From assembly GCA_963665235.2 (NCBI GenBank), contig CAXXLX010000002.1, positions 608,001-672,000 on the forward strand: a DNA stretch of 64,000 bases, in the 5' to 3' direction. Both the position numbers and the translations under genes were made by a program. The notes beneath the pieces are model-generated. The model was given only the letters and a program-made list of their open reading frames with translations. It searched no databases and was not told the origin of the DNA. This stretch comes from Candidatus Poribacteria bacterium (lineage in GTDB: Bacteria > Poribacteria > WGA-4E > WGA-3G). Within the stretch, counting starts at the first letter, position 1. Every line of letters begins with the position of its first letter. Of the stretch, positions 39,421 to 48,806 are shown piece by piece.

Positions 39421-41040
39421 ATGAAAGCCTTTCGTAAACTTATGTGGCGATACAGAGATATTTTGGGGAAGCGGAAATTGCAAAAATCCCCCGATACAGC
39501 CGCTCTCTTGGACGATACAGCGGGGTTATCGCTTGTGTCAACGCTTTGGATACTGACCATTCTCTCTGTTCTAGCGATGCAGCTGCTATATTCACTAGGG
39601 CTTGAGAATCGGGCACAGCGCAACTTTTTGGACAGAACGAAGTATCACTACGCTGCGAAATCTGGGTTTGAGTGGGGACTTACCCGATTGCGAATTGATG
39701 AAACCAATTTTGACTCGCTCGGGGAGCTGTGGGCTGAACCGATTCAGGAACAGATTGAAGATGGTGTTCTGGAAGGTAGGTCATTAATGTGTCAGGTAAC
39801 ACTTACAGATGAAGCCTCAAAAATCAATCTCAATACCGCCCCCGTGGAGCTCATCCGAAATTTAATATCGGCATTGGGGGTACAAGCGTCAGATGATGAG
39901 GATGCTGCTATTAGTGCAGATTTAGCAACGCTCATCGTTGAGGGCCGTCCGTACCGAACTGTCCGCGATGTGGCACGGGTTGAAGGCATGACGCAAGAAA
40001 TTTTGTACGGTATCGCTCCACAAACTGCTGCACCCGCTACACCGGGCGATGCTGAAAACGCACCGCCACAGACAGGGGTTCCCCAATTAGCAGCAACAGC
40101 GTCAACTGCAAGTGGGGGGCTTGTCAACCTAACGACTGTCTATTCTGTTGATGCGAATAGCGACAGCAATGGGCAGCAGCGGACTAATATTAACACGGCT
40201 GAAGCACAACAGCTCACGCAAATTCAGGGCAGAAATAATCAATCCGTTTTCTCCCAAGGCGAGGCGGACGCGCTTATTGCAAGCCGCCAATTTGATAACC
40301 TCTCTGACCTATTAGATGTTCAAGCCGTATCGGACGACGTTTTTGACAATATTTTTACCCAAATCACTGTGGAAGGGGGCGATGAGCAAGAGAACAACGA
40401 TGGCGGGCAAGGAAACGGAGAGGGTCGAGGAGAAAATGGTGGGAACCTCGAATTTAACCTCGAATTTGAGGAAACAGGCACTAATATCAATAGGGCTGAT
40501 GCGGACGCGCTTGCGGAGCTTGATGGCATTGATAACGGAATTGCCCAGCGGATTGTTGCACATCGCGAGGCAGAAGGCGACTTTGAAAACATTGATGCCA
40601 TTAAAGATGTTAAACTATTAACAGTGCAGGAATTCGTCGGTATTGTGGATAAAATAACAACGAAAGATGGACAAACCGTGGAGGGGTTAATTAACATAAA
40701 TACTGCCCCTGCGGAAGTCCTACAATTGTTGCCGGGGATGGATGGCACAAAGGCACAAGCCATTATAACCCGCCGCGAAGAGGAAAACCCGGATGCACAG
40801 GCGGCAGAGGAATCTCAAATTAAGGGCAATCCCTTCAGTGCGCTCTCACAAGTTTACGAGCTTGAAGAGATTGACGAGGAAACGTTCAAGCAAATTGCGG
40901 ACTGGATTACATATCGTTCACACGGGTATTATATTGAATCTTCAAGTATCGATCCGAATGGGAAAACCATTGCTACGTGCAGCGGCGTTGTTGTACGCAG
41001 CGGTGGGCAATTGGTAGTCCAATATTGGCGACAAGATTAA
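39421..41040 (+). CDS. gspK: GspK-like tip pseudopilin with several helix-hairpin-helix (ComEA-like) repeats
   Basis: G|LSLVSTLWILTIL, DSLGELWA, DEASKINLN, four NIN(T/R)A / NLNTA repeats. Confidence 0.82.
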   Translation: MKAFRKLMWRYRDILGKRKLQKSPDTAALLDDTAGLSLVSTLWILTILSVLAMQLLYSLGLENRAQRNFLDRTKYHYAAKSGFEWGLTRLRIDETNFDSLGELWAEPIQEQIEDGVLEGRSLMCQVTLTDEASKINLNTAPVELIRNLISALGVQASDDEDAAISADLATLIVEGRPYRTVRDVARVEGMTQEILYGIAPQTAAPATPGDAENAPPQTGVPQLAATASTASGGLVNLTTVYSVDANSDSNGQQRTNINTAEAQQLTQIQGRNNQSVFSQGEADALIASRQFDNLSDLLDVQAVSDDVFDNIFTQITVEGGDEQENNDGGQGNGEGRGENGGNLEFNLEFEETGTNINRADADALAELDGIDNGIAQRIVAHREAEGDFENIDAIKDVKLLTVQEFVGIVDKITTKDGQTVEGLININTAPAEVLQLLPGMDGTKAQAIITRREEENPDAQAAEESQIKGNPFSALSQVYELEEIDEETFKQIADWITYRSHGYYIESSSIDPNGKTIATCSGVVVRSGGQLVVQYWRQD

Positions 41041-41060
41041 TAACTAAACGAGGCTTTGAG

Positions 41061-43067
41061 ATGGCAAAAAATCAGGTTATCGCAATTGATGTCGGTACAA
41101 CCACAGCGAAAATCGTTCATATTGAGAAAGTGTCAGGGGCCCTTCGTTTAATCAATGCGGGTGTTATCGCTTACACCGACCGAGATTCCCCTGAGAGTGT
41201 TTTAGCTGCGGTGCAAGAGCTATGGAATCGACTCGGAATTAAACGAAATATTTTCAACAAACACAAGCTGGAGGTTGCGATTGCATTGCCGCGCGGGCTT
41301 ATTGTCACAAAACGTTTATCCAATCTGCCAGCTACGACGCAGGACGCTATGTTGCCTTCACTAATTGAAATTGCGGCTGAAACAGAACTGCCGTTCCCAA
41401 TAGAGGAAGCGATATTTACATATCACGGTGTCCGCCGGACCCCGGAAGCAATTTCGGTCGAATTGGTTTCAACTCGGCGTGAAACAGTGGAACGTTATAT
41501 GGAAACATTGTCCGGCGTAGACGCGTCGCTATCGGCGGTAGTGCCTTCTATGTTAGCCGTTGCAGCAAGTGCTGGTAATGCCTTAGCTGGACGCTTACAA
41601 CGCACGATTGTCGTCGATATCGGTGCGGGCCGAACAGATTTCTGTTTAATGGAAGGAAGTGATTTACTGTTTTCACGTAGTTTCGCTATGGGGGGTGACC
41701 AATTGACAGAGCATCTCATGGCGGAAGCGCAGCTAGATGCGGAAACGGCAGAGCAGGAAAAGCAGGTTATCCCGGCGCATCAATTTCCTACGCGTACCTG
41801 GACAACGCAGCTTGTTGCGGAATTAGAACGTTCTATCGCCGCAGCGAAACGAGAAATTCCCAATGACGCTGAGGAATGGCTTGCCGAAATATGGTTATGT
41901 GGCGGAGGGGCGCGCGTCCCAGAATTGGCCGAGGCTTGTCAGGAACAACTACGCATACCAACCCGGCATTGGCATCTCCGTAATACAGTAGTTTTAGACA
42001 TCAGTCCTGAAGCTGCACCGGTATTTGAGGAGGCAGGCGACACGTTTGCTGTGTCTTTAGGGAGTGCTATACACCTCTTAACCGCTGAAACACCGGTCTC
42101 CCTCTTACCGCAAGAGATAGATGTCAAACGCGTTGAATCGAACCGGAAACGTCAGCAACTAATAGCTGCAAGCATCGGGGGCTTTTTAATTCTCGGAATT
42201 GCCCTCGGCAGTGTTACGTGGAGCAGGTCACAGAACGCAAAGATTGCAGCGTTAGACCAGGAGATAGCGAACTTTGTACCGCTACAGGCGAATGCGAACA
42301 AACAACTTGCACTTGAACTTGTTCTCGCCGATCAGTTAGCACATCAGACTTCCCCACTCGACGTTTTGCACGCTATCAGTACGCTCTTTAAAGACAGAAC
42401 AAAGGTTGCTTGGAAAACCTTCGATATCACCAATTTGGATGATTTGGAAAAAGCACGAGTCTCCTTCAATCTGGAAGCGAATTCGCATCAAGCTATTAAT
42501 AATATGATAGATGTCCTTGACCAGTCAAAACTGTTTCGAAACATTGAGGATGGCGGGGTCACCACTACAGGGGATGAGCGGAGACCGATATTCCAAGTGA
42601 AGGTGCAGTTTAGATTGACGCGGGAAGCGGCACAGCTGTTCGCGCAAAAACGGCATCCGGAACCGGTCTATCAAATCAGAAAACCGGAACCTGAAGAGCC
42701 CGACATATCGCCACCACCGGGGGATACCTCCGAAAAACCGGAGACTGATGACGAGTCTAAAGAACCCGAAAAACCGGAGACTGATGACGAGTCTAAAGAA
42801 CCCGAAAAACCGGAGACTGATGATGAGTCTAAAGAACCCGAAAAACCGGAGACTGATGACGAGTCTAAAGAACCCGAAAAACCGGAGACTGATGGCGAGG
42901 CTAAAGAGCCTGAAAAACCGGAGGCTGATGATGAGTCTAAAGAGCCCGAAAAACCGGAGACTGATGACGAGGCTAAAGAACCCGAAGTAGTGCCCCCAGG
43001 GGAGCCCCCGGAAACACCAAAGGCGGAAGACGAGAACGAAAAAGAGAACGAAGGTCAGAAAGAGTAA
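41061..43067 (+). CDS. PilM-like actin-fold + TM + PilN-like fusion (GspL analogue) with acidic repeat tail
   Basis: AIDVG, VDIGAGRT, MGGDQLT, LCGGGA, VSLLP then TM helix. Confidence 0.85.
   Translation: MAKNQVIAIDVGTTTAKIVHIEKVSGALRLINAGVIAYTDRDSPESVLAAVQELWNRLGIKRNIFNKHKLEVAIALPRGLIVTKRLSNLPATTQDAMLPSLIEIAAETELPFPIEEAIFTYHGVRRTPEAISVELVSTRRETVERYMETLSGVDASLSAVVPSMLAVAASAGNALAGRLQRTIVVDIGAGRTDFCLMEGSDLLFSRSFAMGGDQLTEHLMAEAQLDAETAEQEKQVIPAHQFPTRTWTTQLVAELERSIAAAKREIPNDAEEWLAEIWLCGGGARVPELAEACQEQLRIPTRHWHLRNTVVLDISPEAAPVFEEAGDTFAVSLGSAIHLLTAETPVSLLPQEIDVKRVESNRKRQQLIAASIGGFLILGIALGSVTWSRSQNAKIAALDQEIANFVPLQANANKQLALELVLADQLAHQTSPLDVLHAISTLFKDRTKVAWKTFDITNLDDLEKARVSFNLEANSHQAINNMIDVLDQSKLFRNIEDGGVTTTGDERRPIFQVKVQFRLTREAAQLFAQKRHPEPVYQIRKPEPEEPDISPPPGDTSEKPETDDESKEPEKPETDDESKEPEKPETDDESKEPEKPETDDESKEPEKPETDGEAKEPEKPEADDESKEPEKPETDDEAKEPEVVPPGEPPETPKAEDENEKENEGQKE
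42731..42985 (+). repeat. Intragenic 36-nt tandem repeat x7 (EKPETDDESKEP)
   Basis: Directly visible; first four copies nearly identical. Confidence 0.95.
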
Positions 43068-43123
43068 TACTTAACATATATCAAACTGCAAGTACACTCA
43101 AATTGACAAGGAAACAACAAAAA

Positions 43124-44356
43124 ATGGACTTAAATCTTCAACTGACACCGCGCGTCAAGTTATTAATTGGCGTTTTGGCCGTTGTCCTAATTGTTGCTGT
43201 CGCGACACAATGGGGGCCAGGTATCTACCGTCTCGTTTCCGACCCTGTCATAGAAACGAAGCGGCAAACACTTCAAACCTCTAAGGATTTGGTGGCGGCA
43301 TCGGAAAATCTGAAACCGGTTGAAACGGGCTTATATAAAGATACCGGACTCGCTGATGACGAAAAAGAAAACACCATTTTTGATGGACACCACCCGGAGA
43401 CGGTCATCCGACAGAAACTTGATGCAATTGTGAAAAAGGCCGGCATTCGTCAGAATTATCAGCTTAACACGAAACCGGCACCGGGCAAAAAATCGCACCG
43501 CGTTTCAACACAAGCCCGGCGGAACCTCGTTGTCTATCTCTATCAGGACCAGCTGATAGCGGAACGGGAGGCACTCAAAGCGGAGCAGGAGGCACTTGAG
43601 GCGGAACTTGAAACCGAAGATGAAGCCTTTGATGCTATGATGAATGCCTGGCTAAACGAAATGGATACAGATGAAAAAACGGAAACACCTGACGAAAATA
43701 CAACGCAACCGGAAGACGCACAGACTCCCAAAACGGATACAGGTGACGAGACAGCCGAAATAGCCGAAACATCTGGTGAAGACGCTGCAGCAACGCCTAA
43801 AAACGATTGGGAATTCGCAGCGTTGCCCAAGGCAATACCGGTACCTATCCGAATTGAACTCATCGAGTTTGTCATGCCGATGCTCAAACGATACCTTGTG
43901 GGCGCAGAAAATACACTGTTTGAAAAACATTTCTTAAAAACACAAACGGCACCAACCCCAGGGTTCTTTGGCATCGGAGCTAAAAAGTCAACTGTCAAAA
44001 TCAACTTTCATCCGAATAGCGTGATTTTAGCCAAATTCACTGAACTGCTTAACATGCACAGTGAGGAACTGAACACGGAAGAACTCACGTCGGTTCTGCT
44101 GGAATACCTTAACCAGGTTCAACAGCAAATCGATCAACTTTCGAAACAGTTAAACCTGGCACCCGCCACCTATTCGCCTGAAAGTTACATCGTTGAAATG
44201 AAGTTTAAAGCGGAAATGGAAAAATTGGTCAATTTAAATCGCCTGATCGAAACAACTACCAAATGGTTGGCGGTCAGAGACCTTAAAATTTCCACTGATA
44301 AAAAACAGAATGTAATAAACGTAGATGTTCTTATGATTGCGAGGGTTTATCAATAA
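43124..44356 (+). CDS. GspM/PilO-like protein with large insertion
   Basis: LTPRVKLLI..TM start; C-terminal ferredoxin-like pattern (LVNL.RLIE...LAVRDLKI); position between L and D. Confidence 0.6.
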   Translation: MDLNLQLTPRVKLLIGVLAVVLIVAVATQWGPGIYRLVSDPVIETKRQTLQTSKDLVAASENLKPVETGLYKDTGLADDEKENTIFDGHHPETVIRQKLDAIVKKAGIRQNYQLNTKPAPGKKSHRVSTQARRNLVVYLYQDQLIAEREALKAEQEALEAELETEDEAFDAMMNAWLNEMDTDEKTETPDENTTQPEDAQTPKTDTGDETAEIAETSGEDAAATPKNDWEFAALPKAIPVPIRIELIEFVMPMLKRYLVGAENTLFEKHFLKTQTAPTPGFFGIGAKKSTVKINFHPNSVILAKFTELLNMHSEELNTEELTSVLLEYLNQVQQQIDQLSKQLNLAPATYSPESYIVEMKFKAEMEKLVNLNRLIETTTKWLAVRDLKISTDKKQNVINVDVLMIARVYQ

Positions 44357-44471
44357 TAAACCTGAATGCAGAAAAGAAGGGACCTATAGCGCAGCAGAAA
44401 AGAGGGAGCCTATATATGCCGAGGCCCGTTTTTTCTCACTTTCACCTTATCAAACTGCAAAGGAGATTCAA

Positions 44472-47459
44472 ATGTGTTGGAATAAGGGTGGCCCAATCGG
44501 GACACGAAAACTTCAAATCTACTTAATCTTTCTTGTGTGCCTCGGCCTGTTTATCGGGACGCTCGATGAAGCACAGGCACAACGGGGAATGGAGGTCGCC
44601 GAAAGGGATCCGGAAGGACGCGCCATACGGTTCAACTTCAACTTTACCAGCCAAGAACTTAAAAACCTCTTCGAATGGCTGTCCAAAGAAGCGGAACTCT
44701 CTATCATCGCAAGTGAAAACGATGTCCGAGGCAAATCATTCTCCCTCATTAACCTCCAAAATGTTACCATCGACGAGGTCATTGAGACAATCAAAACAGT
44801 ACTCGCACAATATGAACTCACATTCGTTAAAAGTAATAGCACTTTCATCGTCACAACCTTTGAAAAGGCAACTGTGATGAATGTACCCGTTAAACGCATT
44901 ACACCTGACCCGGAGCAGGTCGAGATTACTGATGAAATACACACGTACATTATCCAATTGGAGAATGCGATTGCGTCGGAGCAGGTCTCATCGCTGAAAC
45001 CCTTATTGAATAGAAGGGCGAACATCTTCGCAGACGCAATGACGAACGCGCTCGTCATTACCGATGTCGCATCCAACGTCCGCAGAATCGTTACCATTCT
45101 TCAATATGCGGATACAGGTGAACGATTCCCATTAAAGGTTACAATCATTCCGCTAACTTATGCCGACGCTGAAGACCTGGAGCAAACCCTCACAAAGGTG
45201 TTCGGGGAAGATGGACAGGATGATAAATCGTCACAGGGCGCGAAAGGTGTTGACGCAGAACAGGTTAGAGCAGCTATTGAACAAGGCTTAGGCGTTGAGA
45301 TGATCCCAGGCCAAATTAAGGTTTACGCGGATACCAACTCAAACTCCCTCATTCTCAAAGCTACTGAGGAAAATCTAATTATCCTCAGGGAGATCATCCT
45401 CCACCTTGACACCGACCCTAGTGTGCAAACCGAAATCCGAACATATCACCTCAACTTTGCATCAGCGGAGGACGTTTCAACAACCTTGGGAGAAATTATT
45501 ACTGGAGAAAGTGGGCAGCGTTCAGGCTACTATGACAGATGGGACCGCGACAGAAGAAGGGACAGAGAACGCAGTGAAGATGCCACGTACCAAGGAATTG
45601 TCGGGTCCGTAAATATTTCGAAAAATGATAGATTAAACATCGTGGTTGTTTCGTCCGACCCACGCAATTTTCCAATCATTGAAAAGATTATCGAATCCCT
45701 CGATCAGGAGCAGACACAGGAAGAAATTAAGATGTACTTCCTTGAGTATGCAAACGCTGAAGACCTGTCGGCGGAGCTACAAGACCTTTTTGAAGGCGGA
45801 AGTGCCGGGGCTGATCGAGACCGCCCCTGGTGGGAACGCCGAGACCGCGAACCTACACGAGATGGCGGCTTTGGCGTGCAGGGAAACGTCCATATTGTCC
45901 ATGATGTCAGACTCAACGCGCTGCTCATCTCTACCGCCTCACAAAATTTTCTGATGATTGACGACCTTATTTCTAAACTTGATGTCAATATGCCAGACCA
46001 GGAATGGGGTACACGCATATTTTATCTCAAGTATGCGGATGCCCAAAATGTGGCGAACCTAATTAATACACACTACCAAGGGCAAGCAGACCAGAGCAGT
46101 AGTAGGAGAAGCTACTACTACGACTTCTATTATCTCCGCAACCGACAATCCTCATCGTCACGGACACAAGGCGCGCTGGCTGGTAATGTTTCCGCTGAAC
46201 CTTATGTCAATCTCAATGCGATTATTGTCTCTACCGGGACAAAACGCAACTTTGACATGGTTGAGGAGTTTATCAAACAGATTGACATCCCGACACCCCC
46301 GGAACAGGTAGAAATCACCGATATTGTTCGGCTTGAATATGCTAATGCCGAGGCACTTGCCCAAGTGCTTGCACAGGTCTGGCAAGACCCGCAGTCAGAA
46401 GGTGAAGGGTTCGGTTTCAGTTTCAGCAGATTCCTTGCCTCCCAGATGAGCGGTGATGAGCCTACGGACATCAATTCGTTGCACGGGAAGGTCACTATTT
46501 ATGCCGATGCAAGCACTAATTCGCTTATTATCACAACCCGTCGGCGGTATATGGAGGAGGTTAAAGCCCTTATAGCACGTCTTGACTTCGTGCGGGGTCA
46601 GGTGCGGATTGATATTCAGATTCTTGAAATCACCCTGGATGAAACCACAAAACTCGGTATTGAATTAGCCGCGCAAGAAAACAGACTCTTCGGAGCTGAA
46701 CTTGCCCCGACCAATCCGCTTGTTGGGACAGCAAATAGTCAACTCGGGCTTGAACAGGAGATTTCAGGATTCAATTACGGCCTGGCAACCAAAGAGTACA
46801 TGGCAATGCTTCATACGCTCATCCGTGAGAATAAGGTGCAGACCCTCTCAACACCGTCTATCTTGACACGCGATAGTCAACAGGCTACGTGGAGTAGTGG
46901 GCGCCGCATACCTTATCTCCAGAGCGTTGATACCAACAGTATCCTTGGAGAAACCGCTACGCAGCCGCTCTTCAACTATGACTTTATTGACCCGCCTGTC
47001 GGTATTAACATCGACCTCACCCCGTTTATTGCCAAATCGCAGGCAGAAGCGGATGGGAAACGGACAATCGGTTTACAGATTACAAATATTAGTGCCAGCA
47101 ACTTCATCGAGTTTACAGAATTCAACGCACCCATTACTGACGACAACTCGCTCAGTACTTATGTTGATGTTAAAGATGGACAGCAGCTTATCGTTGGCGG
47201 TATCATCCGGCAAAAACAGAAGCAGGTTGAAAACAAAGTGCCTATCCTTGGAGATATTCCTTTACTCGGAAGGTTGTTCAAAAGCACCGAAACCGAAGTC
47301 CAAAATACGGAAATCGTTTTCATTATTACACCGCATATCATAGATATTAAGAACCCGGACGACTTGGAGAAGAACCCGGGTGACCTAGAGCGGTTGCGGC
47401 AGAAAGCGGATAACTGGCAAAATAACGGCATGAACGGTCAGAAAAAATCTGGCAAATAG
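44472..47459 (+). CDS. gspD: Secretin GspD, elongated
   Basis: N0 domain, repeated L.YA.A..L N-domains, QVRIDIQILEI, KVPILGDIPLLGRLFKS, EIVFIITPHII. Confidence 0.95.
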   Translation: MCWNKGGPIGTRKLQIYLIFLVCLGLFIGTLDEAQAQRGMEVAERDPEGRAIRFNFNFTSQELKNLFEWLSKEAELSIIASENDVRGKSFSLINLQNVTIDEVIETIKTVLAQYELTFVKSNSTFIVTTFEKATVMNVPVKRITPDPEQVEITDEIHTYIIQLENAIASEQVSSLKPLLNRRANIFADAMTNALVITDVASNVRRIVTILQYADTGERFPLKVTIIPLTYADAEDLEQTLTKVFGEDGQDDKSSQGAKGVDAEQVRAAIEQGLGVEMIPGQIKVYADTNSNSLILKATEENLIILREIILHLDTDPSVQTEIRTYHLNFASAEDVSTTLGEIITGESGQRSGYYDRWDRDRRRDRERSEDATYQGIVGSVNISKNDRLNIVVVSSDPRNFPIIEKIIESLDQEQTQEEIKMYFLEYANAEDLSAELQDLFEGGSAGADRDRPWWERRDREPTRDGGFGVQGNVHIVHDVRLNALLISTASQNFLMIDDLISKLDVNMPDQEWGTRIFYLKYADAQNVANLINTHYQGQADQSSSRRSYYYDFYYLRNRQSSSSRTQGALAGNVSAEPYVNLNAIIVSTGTKRNFDMVEEFIKQIDIPTPPEQVEITDIVRLEYANAEALAQVLAQVWQDPQSEGEGFGFSFSRFLASQMSGDEPTDINSLHGKVTIYADASTNSLIITTRRRYMEEVKALIARLDFVRGQVRIDIQILEITLDETTKLGIELAAQENRLFGAELAPTNPLVGTANSQLGLEQEISGFNYGLATKEYMAMLHTLIRENKVQTLSTPSILTRDSQQATWSSGRRIPYLQSVDTNSILGETATQPLFNYDFIDPPVGINIDLTPFIAKSQAEADGKRTIGLQITNISASNFIEFTEFNAPITDDNSLSTYVDVKDGQQLIVGGIIRQKQKQVENKVPILGDIPLLGRLFKSTETEVQNTEIVFIITPHIIDIKNPDDLEKNPGDLERLRQKADNWQNNGMNGQKKSGK

Positions 47460-47471
47460 AGGACATAGGAA

Positions 47472-47530
47472 CGGGCGATAAATCGCGCTACTGTGAGCCC
47501 ATGTTCGTAGTAGGGCAATTCATTCGCCCT
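47472..47530. repeat. Inverted REP doublet between convergent genes
   Basis: GGGCGATAAATCGCGCTAC ... GTAGTAGGGCAATTCATTCGCCC. Confidence 0.55.
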
Positions 47531-47533
47531 ATC

Positions 47534-48205
47534 CTACCGGATATGTCGATAGAGTTTTGCAAGACGTTCCAAAGAAAACCCAAAAAAATAGAGCCAGGTA
47601 ATGAGCCAGTTTTTTACGGTTGTACGGACGATGCCGCCTGCTTCCCACCGCCGTGCCGATATATGGATACGCGGGTGAATCAGTCCTGTTTTTCCAAGTT
47701 TACGCAACGCCTTAGAAAATTCCATCTCCTCCATAATCGGCACCTTCGGAAATCCCCCGATACGCTGAAAGTTGCTTCTTGAGACAAAAATACCGCTATC
47801 CCCGTAAAAAATTTTTAAGTATTTACCACGCATATCTGCTGTTATCTCAATGATACGGTATAGGATACTTTTCCCATCAATCTTTTGAAAAAATCCACCG
47901 CCGACATACTTAGTCGTAAGTGCTTTTTCCACAGCTGCAAGGGCCCCCGGCTCAAGCCAGATGTCTGCATGTAAGAAGACCAATATATCCCCCGTTGATG
48001 CTGCTGCACCTGCGTTCAGCTGTTTTGCACGTCCCCGTTCAGCTCTAATGACCTTCCCATACTTTTCTGCTATGTGGACAGAACCATCAGTGCTACCGCC
48101 ATCTACAATGATGAGCTCATGGTCCCCCAATTCGGGTTGTAGTCGCGCAAGTGTGTCTTCTAAAATTTTTGCCTCGTTCAGAATAGGAATGATGATTGAA
48201 AGCAT
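47534..48205 (-). CDS. Glycosyltransferase family 2 (TIGR04283-like)
   Basis: SIIIPILNE, VDGGSTDGS, GRAKQLNAGA, FLHAD, YGD, SARRW. Confidence 0.92.
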   Translation of the reverse strand: MLSIIIPILNEAKILEDTLARLQPELGDHELIIVDGGSTDGSVHIAEKYGKVIRAERGRAKQLNAGAAASTGDILVFLHADIWLEPGALAAVEKALTTKYVGGGFFQKIDGKSILYRIIEITADMRGKYLKIFYGDSGIFVSRSNFQRIGGFPKVPIMEEMEFSKALRKLGKTGLIHPRIHISARRWEAGGIVRTTVKNWLITWLYFFGFSLERLAKLYRHIR

Positions 48206-48216
48206 AATGCAACTTA

Positions 48217-48428
48217 TACCATTTCTAATTGAAAATGTCTCTTTATTGTAGCATAAACTTCCAGTTTGTGCTCTTTATTGTAGCATAAACTTCCAGTTTG
48301 TGCTCTTTATTGTAGCATAAACTTCCAGTTTGTGCTCTTTATTGTAGCATAAACTTCCAGTTCGTGTCTTCCGTTCTCCGTTTGATTTCTAACAACCGGT
48401 AATGATAGAATAATTAATAAAAATGGTA
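48217..48428. mobile_element. MITE family A copy 1 with four 32-bp GTAG-REP units
   Basis: Ends TACCATTTCTAATT / AATAAAAATGGTA; unit CTTTATTGTAGCATAAACTTCCAGTTTGTGCT. Confidence 0.85.
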
Positions 48429-48458
48429 TTAGATTAAAATAGCCATAATTTCTACTTA

Positions 48459-48690
48459 TGCTACCTAGCTGTCCTTGTAGGTCCAAATCAACGCTGAATG
48501 CGCGTATGGCATTCAGCGGGTTGAAGAAGTAAAATCCGACAATGGCTGTTGGTTTATGACTATTGGAAACTGTTGGAAACCTATAGCTTCGCTGGTTATT
48601 GGAAACCGTTAGAAACCAATGGCAAGAGGAAGAGCCCTCTTATATTTCTTGCCAATTGCCAATTGCCAATTGCTAATCGCCAGTGGCAAC
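48459..48690. repeat. Dispersed composite repeat, copy 2 (inverted relative to 30707-30899)
   Basis: Same hairpin unit plus TTGCCAA heptamer tract; relatives at ~2900-3020. Confidence 0.85.
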
Positions 48691-48806
48691 TTTGGACATA
48701 TTATACAAAAAAACGTTTGCCATAACAAGCAAAATGTTGTATAATTTGGGTAAGCGTTCTCCGAATGCCTACCCAAATTCAATTCTCTAATGATGGGAAA
48801 GATAAC

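Noticed and set aside
42748-42990. Alternative-frame repetitive ORF (MTSLKNPKNRRL)n and other short antisense ORFs in the track
   Set aside because: Shadow ORFs of real genes, with no RBS or recognisable motifs
33524-47459. Cluster as a type IVa pilus system
   Set aside because: Canonical GspG and GspK motifs, G-H-I-J-K order and no pilT favour a T2SS
48241-48362. 32-bp repeat arrays (also ~51985-52100 and 62476-62640) as CRISPR arrays
   Set aside because: Units are head-to-tail with no unique spacers, sit inside TIR-bounded elements, and no cas operon is present
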